Origin: Eledone cirrhosa
Taxonomy: Eukaryota
Length of the DNA: 64,000 nt
NCBI GenBank assembly: GCA_964016885.1
Contig: OZ024743.1
Location: 65,596,001-65,660,000, forward strand
Direction of reading: 5' to 3'
In this document: positions 35,691-47,465 of the stretch, one piece after another
Layout: every line of letters begins with the position of its first letter
Position numbering within the stretch: position 1 is the first letter of the stretch
The notes under the pieces: model-generated
What the model saw: only the letters and a program-made list of their open reading frames with translations
What the model was told of the DNA's origin: nothing
The model's database searches: none
Program-made: the position numbers and the translations under genes

Positions 35691-35914
35691 TGTATAATAA
35701 AATAAATATGCTTTTATAAAGATATTTTCCATTTATTAATATTATTGATATTAATTATACTCTAAAAAACTTGTTGAGTGCTTCTAATCTGTTATGAATT
35801 AAGTTTATTTAATAATCAACAAAACAAATAACTCATTATTTAATAATCAACATAACAAATAACTCCCCGGATATATATATATAAAGAAAATTTCGCTCTA
35901 CATGGCTGAATACA

Positions 35915-36411
35915 ATAAATGTAATCTGAGTTTTTCCAATATTAATAATAACATGCGATTCGTTTGCAATTATGCAAACAAGCCTCAATTTTATAGCCAT
36001 ATCAGTAGAATGAACACTTCATTCTTACTCTTGGATGCGAACAGAACTGCAGAGACTAATGTTTCTGGGTATCACCCTTCATCAGTACAGCTCACTGTTC
36101 ACCTGCCTCACTGTCAGAGCTAGTGAAAATTTATGCTATTTTCAAAAATACACAGTGACTGATCGGCCTGATTTGCATATTAGCAGACTGTATATATTTT
36201 CACTAGCTCTGACAGTTTGGCAGGTGAACAGTGAGCTGTACTGATGAAGGGTGATACCCAGAAACATTAGTGTCTGCAGTTCTGTTCGCATGCCAACATA
36301 AGAGCAAGAATGAAGTGTTCATCCTACTGCCATGGCTATAAAATTGAGACTTGTTTGCATAATTGCAAACGAATCGAATGTTATTATTAATATTCGAAAA
36401 ACTCAGATTAC

Positions 36412-36416
<5 letters not shown>
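35915..36416. mobile_element. Family C fold-back element (arms ~35915-36130 and ~36197-36416), one HHR per arm
   Basis: ~215-bp inverted arms with scattered substitutions, flanked by TA tracts. Confidence 0.85.
36233..36282 (+). ncRNA. Type I hammerhead ribozyme (family C), GUC site; mirror copy at 36044-36093 (-)
   Basis: GAGCTGTA-CTGATGA-AGGGTGATACCCA-GAA-ACATTAGTGT-C-TGCAGTTC. Confidence 0.85.
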
Positions 36417-36463
<47 letters not shown>

Positions 36464-36679
36464 GTTAAAGATGTACATCCATATATGTATACTGAAATAC
36501 TAGTATGTATATGAATACACACACGTATACATATGTAGATGTACCAAGTTTTTTCACTGGTCACTTTACTGTGAGTGGCCAGCTATTCTGTATGTAAACA
36601 CACAGACAAACCGGTTTTTAGAGTCATACTGGTTTTTGAGGAAACACCTTTCCTCTATTCTCCAGAAAGCCAGACAAGG

Positions 36680-36724
36680 AATATTGAACTAGTTTCGTTG
36701 TTGTTACAACTCATCAGCAATATT
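36680..36724 (-). ncRNA. Minimal type I hammerhead ribozyme, unit 1
   Basis: AATATTG-CTGATGA-GTTG-TAACAA-CAAC-GAA-ACTAGT-T-CAATATT; palindromic stem III (ACTAGT), GUU site. Confidence 0.9.
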
Positions 36725-37146
36725 TACCTATCTTCCGGCCTCTCTAGAGAATCGTAAAAGCACATATCGTTATATGCTTTTTCTATGAAAATTAGTAGTG
36801 GGCAGACTAATTTGCATAGAGTGTGAGTAAGTACCGGTTCAACGGAGACGATAAAAACAAATAACGAAACGAAATTAAATTTCGTTTCATTTGTAACTCA
36901 CTTTTGTATGACTGACGCTTAAACAATTAAGTTAAAGATGTACATCCATATATGTATACTGAAATACTAGTATGTATATAAATACACACACGTATACATA
37001 TGTAGATGTACCAAGTTTTTTCACTGGTCACTTTACTGTGAGTGGCCAGCTATTCTGTATGTAAACACACAGACAAACCGGTTTTTAGAGTCATACTGGT
37101 TTTTGAGGAAACACCTTTCCTCTATTCTCCAGAAAGCCAGACAAGG

Positions 37147-37191
37147 AATATTGAACTAGTTTCGTTGTTGTTACAACTCATCAGCAATATT
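37147..37191 (-). ncRNA. Minimal type I hammerhead ribozyme, unit 2
   Basis: Identical to 36680-36724, offset by 467 bp. Confidence 0.9.
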
Positions 37192-37613
37192 TACCTATCT
37201 TCTGGCCTCTCTAGAGAATCGTAAAAGCACATATCGTTATATGCTTTTTCTATGAAAATTAGTAGTGGGCAGACTAATTTGCATAGAGTGTGAGTAAGTA
37301 CCGGTTCAACGGAGACGATAAAAACAAATAACGAAACGAAATTAAATTTCGTTTCATTTGTAACTCACTTTTGTATGACTGACGCTTAAACAATTAAGTT
37401 AAAGATGTACATCCATATATGTATACTGAAATACTAGTATGTATATGAATACACACACGTATACATATGTAGATGTACCAAGTTTTTTCACTGGTCACTT
37501 TACTGTGAGTGGCCAGCTATTCTGTATGTAAACACACAGACAAACCGGTTTTTAGAGTCATACTGGTTTTTGAGGAAACACCTTTCCTCTATTCTCCAGA
37601 AAGCCAGACAAGG

Positions 37614-37658
37614 AATATTGAACTAGTTTCGTTGTTGTTACAACTCATCAGCAATATT
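37614..37658 (-). ncRNA. Minimal type I hammerhead ribozyme, unit 3
   Basis: Identical to 36680-36724, offset by 934 bp. Confidence 0.9.
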
Positions 37659-37687
37659 TACCTATCTTCCGGCCTCTCTAGAGAATC

Positions 37688-37814
<127 letters not shown>

Positions 37815-38506
37815 TGTATATTTTTCTTTCAAGGTTGTGCTAGAGAGGACACTTGAAATCATATGGTTGCGAAACACCCTTTTTAACCACACAACCACGC
37901 CTGCCCCTTTAAATATTTCATATAAATTATATATACATTAACCACTATGAACTGTTGATATGGCCATATGCCCTTTAGTGTCTCTATGCACTGGGAAGAT
38001 TACGGTACCCTCATATGTATGTATTGACTCGTAAGTACTAATGGGAGCGTATGCGTGCTTTCATGACTGACATACGGCGTATCTAGGGCGCTTTAAACCT
38101 AGCGGAGTATCTCCTCTTTTTAGGTCTTAACACACCCGAATTCCTACAGAGAAGGAGAGAGATAGGGAGAGTGATTGGGTTGCTACCACTTAAAATAAAA
38201 TTTCGCCGAAGATAGATTAGTAAAATTAAATCTAGGTGGGTATGTGGGGTGGGATAAGAGCGGGGGTGGAATTTTTTGAAAAAATCTGAAAAATGAATAA
38301 GCGGCGGGGGCGATTTTTCGAGACCCGAGATTATTTTTCAAGAGAGAAAGATACAATATTATTGTGTTTGAAATAATAAATTTATACAGAATTACAATGA
38401 TTTCCATTTTAAAAACAAATATCAACTGAGTGGTTTATTTTCAGGACAGATTCTAGTTTATTATGATTTTACTGATACCACCATTTGTCATTATTAGGTG
38501 GAATAG

Positions 38507-38892
38507 GGCGGTGGATTGGCAGTATCGGTAGGGGGTCGGACGCCATGCTTTGACGCATAGAGTTACGGCTCTTGCCATTCTGAGTACAAATCCCGCCGAG
38601 GTTAACTTTGCATTTCATCCTTACGGGGTCGATAAAATAAAGTACCAGTAATGCACTGGGATAATTGCTGGCCTTGTGCCAAAAGTAGAAACAATTATTA
38701 TATTTATATGTAGGGTAGAATTAGTAGACCGTCCGGCAGTATGCTTTGCGGAATATAGTTACGGACCTTTACGTTCTGAGTTCAAATCCTGACTGGGGTC
38801 GATAAATAAAGTACCAATAACACACTGAGGTCGATTTAATCCACTTTCCCCTTCCAGACATATTGCTGCACTTGCGTCCAAAGTAGGAAAAA
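38507..38892 (+). mobile_element. Two tandem tRNA-derived SINEs (38507-38698, ~38712-38892)
   Basis: A box TGGCAGTATCGG, B box GAGT(A/T)CAAATCC, tail GGGGTCGATAAAATAAAGTACCAGT. Confidence 0.85.
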
Positions 38893-39050
38893 TATACCCT
38901 AGCATTTAGCTGTAGTGCTTAATAACAACCCCAACATGTACTCTCTCCTTATTCGCCATCTCCGATCTCCCTATTTTTACCCTCTATTGTATTCCAATTG
39001 TTTGTGTGACTAAGCTTGGTAGAGCTTATACTCAGCACTGTGTTTATTAA

Positions 39051-39095
39051 GCTCTGATGATTCCTACCCAACGGTATGGATGAAACATTGTCAGC
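39051..39095 (+). ncRNA. Type I hammerhead ribozyme (singleton family)
   Basis: GCT-CTGATGA-TTCCTACC-CAAC-GGTATGGAT-GAA-ACATTGT-C-AGC; stem I is extendable (TTTATT/AATAAA). Confidence 0.7.
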
Positions 39096-39332
39096 AAATA
39101 AAAACTGTTTGAGTATGTAAGCGTTCTTTGATTTCTTTTACACATACACTCCGTGCTCTACGTAAATATATATATACATATATATCTAATATAGAAATGT
39201 CTTCTACAGGACTAGAACTGTTTCATTCGGACGAAATCATCATGGGCTTCCTGATATATATAACGAAGGAAGTGTGGTAAGGAACCAGATGGACCATAAC
39301 GCATCAGAGCACTCTTAACTGGGGTTAAACAT

Positions 39333-39449
<117 letters not shown>

Positions 39450-39647
39450 GAGTAGACTTCGGCTGTATCTCTTTCCTATTTACAAACTAAGATAGAGGAA
39501 ACCCCAAGTATACTTAGGTAGAAATAGAATTTGTTTCTTTTGTCATATTTAGTTACACACTCTAATTACAGTTAAGGGGATCTTTGCGTATCTACACTTA
39601 TAATCAGTTCCTATTCCTCCTTAGGTTAACCCGGCAAATTTTCACTT

Positions 39648-39838
39648 AGAGAATTGGATTCGCAATCGTGAGGTTGTTAGTTTGTTTCCTGGACCGGGTG
39701 ATGCGTTATGTCCTTGAGCAAGACATTTTATTTCACGTTGCTCCTTCTAGCTGGAGTTGCGATAGATAGTATTAGCTATTGGAAAGAACAACGGAAACAT
39801 TGTTTCCTCGGTCCGATTTGAGGAACGTCGATCGACTG
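39648..39838 (+). mobile_element. tRNA-derived SINE, TA-tail variant, 5' truncated
   Basis: Reverse complement of the 18604-18803 type; ends in (TA)n. Confidence 0.8.
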
Positions 39839-39843
39839 TATAT

Positions 39844-39905
<62 letters not shown>

Positions 39906-40399
39906 AAATATATCCCAAACCACCACCACCACCACCACCACCACCACTACCGCTGTCCCGCTCCTTCCGTGATCACTTCTTGTTCAACTTGTGCATCTAC
40001 CCCCGTACACAACCCACCTGTAACTTAAAGTGATTAAACCATCCCAGATCAACAACCTACATTATACGGTCGGGGATATCCTGTCAATGGCTACAACAAC
40101 CACAACAACAACGCCGAACCCACCACCACCACCACCACCACCAACACCAACATCAGAACAAAGACGTCGATGACAACAAAAATATCTACCACAACAACTA
40201 CAACACCATCAACACCAACTACAGCAACAACAACAACAACTGTTATAACAAAAGTACACGACGACAGATATGAAGTAATGACGACAATAGCTGTGTCTAT
40301 TTTTAGATGCAGTATATATAGTGATATACAACTGCGTGTAGAGCCATTCAGTAGGAAACAAATGCATTATACACACATCGAAATTATCATCACTCTGAC

Positions 40400-40460
<61 letters not shown>

Positions 40461-40472
40461 AGTTATTCAAAG

Positions 40473-40518
<46 letters not shown>

Positions 40519-40520
40519 AG

Positions 40521-40689
<169 letters not shown>

Positions 40690-40706
40690 TATATATATAT
40701 ATACAC

Positions 40707-40747
<41 letters not shown>

Positions 40748-40792
40748 TGTGTGTGTGTATATATATATATGTATATATATATACACACACAC

Positions 40793-40826
<34 letters not shown>

Positions 40827-40886
40827 CTATATATATATATATGTATATATATATGTATATATATATATACATATATATATATATAG

Positions 40887-40960
<74 letters not shown>

Positions 40961-41158
40961 GTATGTATATATATATATATATATATATTGTTATACTTTG
41001 GGAGGGTCATGTTGCCAATAAGAAACACACGCACCAGTTGCTTTCACTTCAATTTATTATATATTTATAAATTCATAAATTTATAAATTTACAAATCTAC
41101 AAACTTATAAGTTTCTGGTTGGTTGGTTGGTTCCACAACCAGATAGTTGTTTATATAT

Positions 41159-41203
41159 AGTCATAGTCCTTTCGTCACACACTCTGTGACCTCATCAGTG
41201 ACT
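41159..41203 (-). ncRNA. Type I hammerhead ribozyme in the 3' UTR/pLTR of the Penelope element (family E)
   Basis: AGTCA-CTGATGA-GGTCAC-AGAGT-GTGAC-GAA-AGGACT-A-TGACT. Confidence 0.8.
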
Positions 41204-41407
41204 GGGGATTCCTTTCTTTGTTTCTGTGCCTTTCCTTTCTTCTGTCCTACGCCATTTTGTTTCTGTGTGTGTGCTGTGTGCTCCGTTTGCGCATGCGCCA
41301 CATCAGGGTGTCTGTGTGTGTTTGTGTTCATTTATCTATTTGTTTATTTATTTACATGTTGTTGGTTGGTTGTTTGTTCTATGTGTGTGTGTGTTTTCAT
41401 TTTGTCC

Positions 41408-44400
41408 TTAATTGTAAGTTGTGATGTTGCTGTTCCACTCATATTTTCTATTTAATTTTGGTTGTAATTCTTTTATGCTTACTGCCTCTGTAATTTGCCT
41501 AAACATTGCATCTTTTCTGTGTGTGGATTCTATTTTTATTTCTATGTTCTCTAATTTACCCTTGTGTTCTATCTTAGCATGTTGGTAGAGTACAGATGAT
41601 TCTTTATTATCTTGAGGGTCTCGCCAGTGTTCATTTATCCGTTCCCCTATACTACGAGCTGTCTCACCTATGTACACTATATTTTTGTTTCTACATCGTC
41701 CTTCAGTACATCTTATGCTATACACTACATTTCTAGTTTTACAGTTAATATGGGGGCTTATTTTACAGGTTATACATTTCTTATCTATGCATGAGGGTCT
41801 TTGGAACGGGTATGTCTTGCTAATAAGTGTTTTTACGGAGGCACCTGGTCTTTCTACCATCTTAATATTGAGTTTATGTTTATTTAGGGCCCTTCTAAAT
41901 TTGTAGGCTAGTTCGCCTCTAGGGGTTGTATTGATGAACATTACACTCTGGTATTTATTGCTATCATACCATGAGTTTATTCTATTGGCCTTGTTCCTAG
42001 TTCTTTCTATTCTATTCCAAAATTTGCTCCTATACAAGGGGCAGGTCCCATTTATGTCATTATTTACCATTTTTTCCCATTTGGTTCTGGCTCCTCTATA
42101 CACTCTGATTCTATCTCTCTGATTGTAGCCAGAGAACTGCATACGGTGGATGAAGTGTTGTATGTGTCTCTCTAGTTCTTCGGGGTTGCACATGCGGGAC
42201 ACATTTCTCATCACCCGTACCAAATCCGCAATCAGTATGTTGATTTTGGTATGGTCCGAAATGGCCGAGTTTCGGTGGATCAGATGTTTGGAAGTCATGG
42301 GTTTGGCATAATGGGAATGGAGGATTTGTTTTTGGTTGTTAATGGTATCTAACCAGAGCTCTGTGTCTAGTACAGGTAATCGATGGTTGGGGTGTCTACT
42401 TGGGTAGTCTATAGTAACTCTAATGCTCTGGTGGATGGAGTTTGCTATTTGCTGGATGCTTTCCATTGTGTTTTTCTCTAGTTCCTGACTGTTCTCTAGT
42501 GGGGGTGTCTTAACTACGATGTTTATATCATCTACGTAGCGGGAGTACATTATCAGGGTTAAGCTGTCTTCTAATTGTTCTTTAAGTTTAAGTTTAAGTC
42601 TACTGTCCCACCATACCATGAATAAGTTAGCTATGTCGCCTGCAATGCTAACACCAATGGCTGCTCCTTCCTCTTGGGCATATGTTTTTCCATTAAATTT
42701 GAACATATGTTCCTTAACGGTTAATTTTATGCTGGCCCCTACCGCATGTGCAATCATTTTCTTCAGTTCATCGTGGTTTTCGGGTGTCCGTATGGCTCTG
42801 GTCCACCCGTTCCATCTATCTGTGTGGGGTTTTTTGGCCATTAAGGTAATGGTAGGTGGTCTGCCTCTTGCTGGTCTTATAGGGCACAGGTTGCTAAGGT
42901 CATAAGTGTCTAGGTAACTATTACTATGGGTAAGCTTAAGTAGAAGTCCCAGCTCACTGGTATCAATCCCACGGAACTCAACCTTGCTCTCGCTGATCAT
43001 TTCTACGCATTTCTCCACAGCAAAATCCACGTCAATAGATGGATACAGGGACACAACATCCATACTGCCTATTATGCAGTTTGTTAGGTCCCCAGATCGG
43101 TTACTCACGCCGATTCTGCTGAGGAGGTCCTCCGTGCTGTCACATACATCTGGGGACATCTCAATGATGGGGCGTATGATCAGGGAGAGGAAGTAGGACA
43201 GTCTGTAGTTACTAGCAATGTTAGCTCCACAGACTGGCCGTGTTGGTGGTCCCGCGACAGGGTCACAGCCCGTTTTATCGTCTTTTCGAAGCCCATACAA
43301 CGCCGGCACGTCATTGTTCCAGGCCTGGAAGTTGTTGGCAGTCCTTTTGTTGGGCTGCATTATATTCGTCCACATCACCATATGGGCATTGAGGGCTTTT
43401 TCTCTATCCTTATGCTCCTGTGGTGTTACCTCTCTTGTGTTAGTGATGTGGGGTTGCATTGCCTGGATGTAGTTTGGCAGGCTGTCAACCGACATTCTGC
43501 CAGACTTGTCTGTTGGAAAGCATGCTATCTCTCCATTACGTGAGCGCTGCATGAGCTTACGCAAGCCATTTGCAGATTTTTCTCCCAGTTGCTGGGCCTC
43601 TATTCTATTATGCTTCTTGCTATACTGTTCTATAATATTTCTAAGTTCGGATTTAGCTATACTAAATTGTGCTTCTGTTTGTTCATCGACCTGCGACGGC
43701 AACTGCGTGCGTTTGTTAAATGGTAAAGTCGTGGCGTGGACTCGTCGCAGGTCGAATGATTTATCGGAGGGATTATAAAACGGAGAGTTCCAGGCTGCTG
43801 CTTTATGTGTACTAGTGCTATTGTTATTGTTAGTTGTGTTGTTTCTATTTCTATTTCCACCAACAGCCTCATGGTTGTTTCTATGTCTCTCATAATTACT
43901 CCTGTCTCTTTCCACTGGCTCAATGTTGTTATCTACCCTATTTTGTGTGTCTGTGTGTTCGTCTTGGTTATTCTCTTTGTTCTTAGTCTCCCATCTCCTT
44001 TTCCTTTTAATCTTATTACTTTCCCTTATTTCTCTGATTTCTGTGCTACTGTCATTACTTGTTTTCTGTGTCTGTGTGTTTGTTAAGATTGTGGTGGTGG
44101 TGAGAGGCATTGAATGCGTGTGTGTTGTTGTTGTTGATGTGTGCTGTTGTTGATGTGTGTTGTTGTTGTCTCCGTGTGTGTTATCGTTGTTGTTTGTGTT
44201 GTTATTGTTGTTTGTGTCTGCGTGTCTGTTGTTGTTGTTTCTGGGTATGTTGCTATTGTTGTTGTTGTTGATGTGTGTGTTGTTGTTATTGTTGTTTGTG
44301 TCTGTGTGTCTGTTGTTGTTGGGATGTGTGTTGTATATGTGTGTGCGTATATTGTTGCTTTTGTTTTTGATGCTCCAGCGTAGTTTTGTAAATGATTTTT

Positions 44401-45592
44401 CTATTTCTGACAGACAACTAATCATATTTACCTTCTTGAATGTCGCAAATTTCGGCGGCAAATATAACACAGACATTTCATCATTATCTATTTTTGCGTT
44501 CCCATAAAGAAGCGTATCATTCGGCTTTCTATACGGGTAATACAACCCATTCAATAAATTGAGGGTAACGTCGAGGTAATTAACGACCGAGAGATTGGCC
44601 TCAACCTGTATAGAGAGGTTGAAGCCTTTAAAGAAGGCGGTGAGTTCTTTTCTGAACCTGTCGCAAGCACGAGGTCCGCACTTAGTCATGGTCAAAAGAC
44701 CATCGTCACGGTACAAACTACCGCCCGCGTTGGGGAATTCGTCCTTGATGGAGAAAAGAAGGAAAAGGCCAATAAGATCAGTAACCTCCGCAGAGTCACT
44801 GGCGCCCATAGTCACGTCGAATGGGGTGCTATTGGATTTTTTAATCCAAATAGAGTCGTCGAAATTAATCACCGACTTTCGGGCATTGAGGATGACATCA
44901 ACTTCGAAATCCTTAACCACTGTGAGTGTTTTAGCGAAATTGATAGCTCTAAGGAGAAGTGGTAAAGTGATGGAGGAGTAGTAATTGTTGATGTCGAATT
45001 GGATAAAACGGCAATGTTCCTTGTTACATATGCCGTTGAACCAATCAATCACCGCGAAGGAATTGTTCCACAGTGCGAGAGGAGCCAAACTTCTAATTAC
45101 AGGTATAATTCTATCAAGAATCGTTTTACTAAGTCTACCTAAATCGGACTTCGTAGGGTTAATAAGCCGAATAGAGGGGTTGTTCGGAAAATTGGATTTG
45201 TGATCCTTCAGGGTAAAGTGGGGAGAGATAGGGTCCAGAGGTTCGGTCCGGTCGATGATGTTGAGATCAGATGTGATTTTAAACCCAGCATCGTTGATTT
45301 CATTGATGACACACCGATTAGTTTTACGGTAATCATTAGTTACAGCATTATGTAGTAGTTGATGGTAAGTACTGCGCTCCACTTGATATAGGTTGCCAGT
45401 TTTGTCGGAATGGACGTGCACGTCGTTAGAATCCTTAATAGAACGAATTCTATTCTTCAGGTCTTGCTGGAAGGAATTGCTCCTATTCCGAAATTTGATA
45501 CTCCGAATGAGTTCCAAGACATCATTTTCGAAGGGTAGCAAATTTATCTTGTTTGTTGTCTGCTTTTCGCGGATTATCGAAATAAAAGGCAC
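41408..45592 (-). CDS. Penelope-like polyprotein: RT1, Asn/His/Thr-rich linker, RT2, GIY-YIG endonuclease
   Basis: RT1: DKTGN, FDINNYYSSI, TMGASDS, YRDDG, NYLDV. RT2: DKSGR, LYGLRKDDK..PTRPV, MDVVSLYPSI, GAAIG, RYVDDI. Endonuclease: C..C..C..C, VVYSIRC, YIGETAR..ERINEH, E..I...P.LN. No stop codon in 1394 codons; the track start is a GTG. Confidence 0.9.
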   Translation of the reverse strand: MPFISIIREKQTTNKINLLPFENDVLELIRSIKFRNRSNSFQQDLKNRIRSIKDSNDVHVHSDKTGNLYQVERSTYHQLLHNAVTNDYRKTNRCVINEINDAGFKITSDLNIIDRTEPLDPISPHFTLKDHKSNFPNNPSIRLINPTKSDLGRLSKTILDRIIPVIRSLAPLALWNNSFAVIDWFNGICNKEHCRFIQFDINNYYSSITLPLLLRAINFAKTLTVVKDFEVDVILNARKSVINFDDSIWIKKSNSTPFDVTMGASDSAEVTDLIGLFLLFSIKDEFPNAGGSLYRDDGLLTMTKCGPRACDRFRKELTAFFKGFNLSIQVEANLSVVNYLDVTLNLLNGLYYPYRKPNDTLLYGNAKIDNDEMSVLYLPPKFATFKKVNMISCLSEIEKSFTKLRWSIKNKSNNIRTHIYNTHPNNNRHTDTNNNNNNTHINNNNNSNIPRNNNNRHADTNNNNNTNNNDNTHGDNNNTHQQQHTSTTTTHTHSMPLTTTTILTNTQTQKTSNDSSTEIREIRESNKIKRKRRWETKNKENNQDEHTDTQNRVDNNIEPVERDRSNYERHRNNHEAVGGNRNRNNTTNNNNSTSTHKAAAWNSPFYNPSDKSFDLRRVHATTLPFNKRTQLPSQVDEQTEAQFSIAKSELRNIIEQYSKKHNRIEAQQLGEKSANGLRKLMQRSRNGEIACFPTDKSGRMSVDSLPNYIQAMQPHITNTREVTPQEHKDREKALNAHMVMWTNIMQPNKRTANNFQAWNNDVPALYGLRKDDKTGCDPVAGPPTRPVCGANIASNYRLSYFLSLIIRPIIEMSPDVCDSTEDLLSRIGVSNRSGDLTNCIIGSMDVVSLYPSIDVDFAVEKCVEMISESKVEFRGIDTSELGLLLKLTHSNSYLDTYDLSNLCPIRPARGRPPTITLMAKKPHTDRWNGWTRAIRTPENHDELKKMIAHAVGASIKLTVKEHMFKFNGKTYAQEEGAAIGVSIAGDIANLFMVWWDSRLKLKLKEQLEDSLTLIMYSRYVDDINIVVKTPPLENSQELEKNTMESIQQIANSIHQSIRVTIDYPSRHPNHRLPVLDTELWLDTINNQKQILHSHYAKPMTSKHLIHRNSAISDHTKINILIADLVRVMRNVSRMCNPEELERHIQHFIHRMQFSGYNQRDRIRVYRGARTKWEKMVNNDINGTCPLYRSKFWNRIERTRNKANRINSWYDSNKYQSVMFINTTPRGELAYKFRRALNKHKLNIKMVERPGASVKTLISKTYPFQRPSCIDKKCITCKISPHINCKTRNVVYSIRCTEGRCRNKNIVYIGETARSIGERINEHWRDPQDNKESSVLYQHAKIEHKGKLENIEIKIESTHRKDAMFRQITEAVSIKELQPKLNRKYEWNSNITTYN

Positions 45593-45707
45593 GCCAACGC
45601 AACCTTTTAATGAACGCGTCTGTTTTCTGTATCAGGAGTTTTAGGTATGTTTTCCTGCTTGGTACGGGTATGTTCTTTGTAGAAATATTCAGATGTTGTT
45701 TCTGCAT
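45522..45707 (-). CDS. Frameshifted true N-terminus of the RT1 Penelope ORF
   Basis: MQKQHLNISTKNIPVPSRKTYLKLLIQKTDAFIKRLRWRAFYF resembles the S.KNIP..KR.RW.A N-terminal motif of PLE proteins. It overlaps the long ORF in another frame. Confidence 0.7.
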   Translation of the reverse strand: MQKQHLNISTKNIPVPSRKTYLKLLIQKTDAFIKRLRWRAFYFDNPRKADNKQDKFATLRK

Positions 45708-45860
45708 GATGAATATAAGTCAGTAGAGTGCTCAACCGAAGGAGCCAAATAGTAATAATAATAAAATTGAAGACTAAAATCCAAAGAGGGCTCGATAAGG
45801 AAAATATATATCAAATATATAAAAACCGTAGAGCAAATATTTATTAAAATAACAGATTAA

Positions 45861-45911
45861 AGTTTAAGCAAAGAATCGCTGCTTTCACCCTTAACGGGAT
45901 CTTCTGAAACT
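45861..45911 (-). ncRNA. Hammerhead variant (core CAGAAGA) in the 5' pLTR (family F)
   Basis: AGTTT-CAGAAGA-TCCC-GTTAA-GGGT-GAA-AGCA..TGCT-T-AAACT; all three stems pair. Confidence 0.7.
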
Positions 45912-46815
45912 AACAAAGTCAATCTGTAAACGTAGAACTGGATATTTCAAAAAACGTTGCAACCGGAGGAAGACAGGAAGACGATACTTTGGTTCGTGGT
46001 AACGTTCGCTGGCAAAGAACGGGAAAAAACGAATAATACGTCAATAATAGGAGCGGTGAAAAACAATTACGCGCAAAGACAGAACCACGTTTATGGTATA
46101 AAAGAGGTAGTAGACTAATGTTCTCTTAGGTGGTGCATAGAGACGTTCTCTGGCAATGAACGAAAAAATGAAGATAATAAGTCATATTCGGAGCGTGGAG
46201 AACAATAGCACGCAAAGACAAAACCACGTAAATGGTATAGCAGAAATCGTAGACTAAAATTCTAACTAGGAGACCAAATGAATCTCCGCTACAGAGTTAA
46301 GGACAAAGTAAATAAATACAATACAGAAGTAATAGAAACAAATAAATACATACACGCAAACAGATACGTACATACACAAGCATACGCAAAACCTTACCAT
46401 GGGTATACAAAACCACGCACATATAAATATGTGTGTGTGTGTATGCTTGTGTACAAATAAATAAATAATTATATAAACGTATATAAGTAAATAAATACGT
46501 ATATAACAAGCGCACACGCATACCTTCATATAAATACACGAATGTTCGGAGACGTAAGTCAACTAAAACAAGAAGTACACATATACACACACCCACCATA
46601 CGTACGAACCTGCATACTCACGCAGACGCTAAACTCCCGTATACACATAGCCAAACCCTAAATACCAAAATATGTAAAAATTATACGCTATAACAGTCAA
46701 ATATACGTACGAGAAGGTATACATACCTTCACAAAACATACGGGTAATATATACTTACCTATGCAAATAAGTAAAGGAGCCCTCTTTGGATTTTAGTCTT
46801 CAATTTTATTATTAT

Positions 46816-46899
<84 letters not shown>

Positions 46900-46905
46900 G
46901 TATAA

Positions 46906-46942
<37 letters not shown>

Positions 46943-47465
46943 GTAGGAGGTGAGTTTTATTGTAGTACAATAAAGCAATGCAGATATCGGATAAGTAGCA
47001 CTCTACAGTTTGTAGAACTGGAGTATAAATAATATATAAGATCAAAAGATGTTTAAAAGAGTTCCATGTATATTATTATGCGCATTTAAAAAACAAACAA
47101 ATATCATCATGCGATGACATTTGCGTTTTCGTCAGATAAAATAGGGAGACATGATATGAAGGTTAAAAACACTTGTGAATAGTGCAGTTTTAAATCAACA
47201 TATATGTTGGAAGGTATATATATATATGACCCCGACGGCAGAGCTCAAGCCGTTTCGAAACGGCTTGAGCTCTGCCGTCGGGTTCATACTTTTTTCCTAT
47301 TACCCACTCTACTACCCTAAGTATTGAGTACTCTGGTGCGTTATGGTCCATCTGGTTCCTTACCACATTTCCTTCGTTATATATATATTTATATTTATAT
47401 ATATATGTATATATATATATACACACATATATATATATATATAAATATACATATATAGTATATAT

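Larger units (their letters stand above)
40988..46820 (-). mobile_element. Composite Penelope-like retroelement inserted in (TA)n
   Basis: RT and GIY-YIG ORF, HHRs at both ends, and a short inverted terminal segment (46778-46820 mirrors 45750-45792). (TA)n on both flanks. Confidence 0.9.

Noticed and set aside
40300-40402. Possible + strand exon (TTTTTAG ... GTATAT)
   Set aside because: Weak donor, unrecognisable peptide and no partner exons.
42618-45644. Several + strand ORFs over the Penelope element
   Set aside because: Antisense shadows of the real minus-strand ORF.
46751-46760. ATACTTACCT, matching the U1 snRNA 5' end
   Set aside because: No further U1 similarity; more simply a consensus splice donor on the minus strand.
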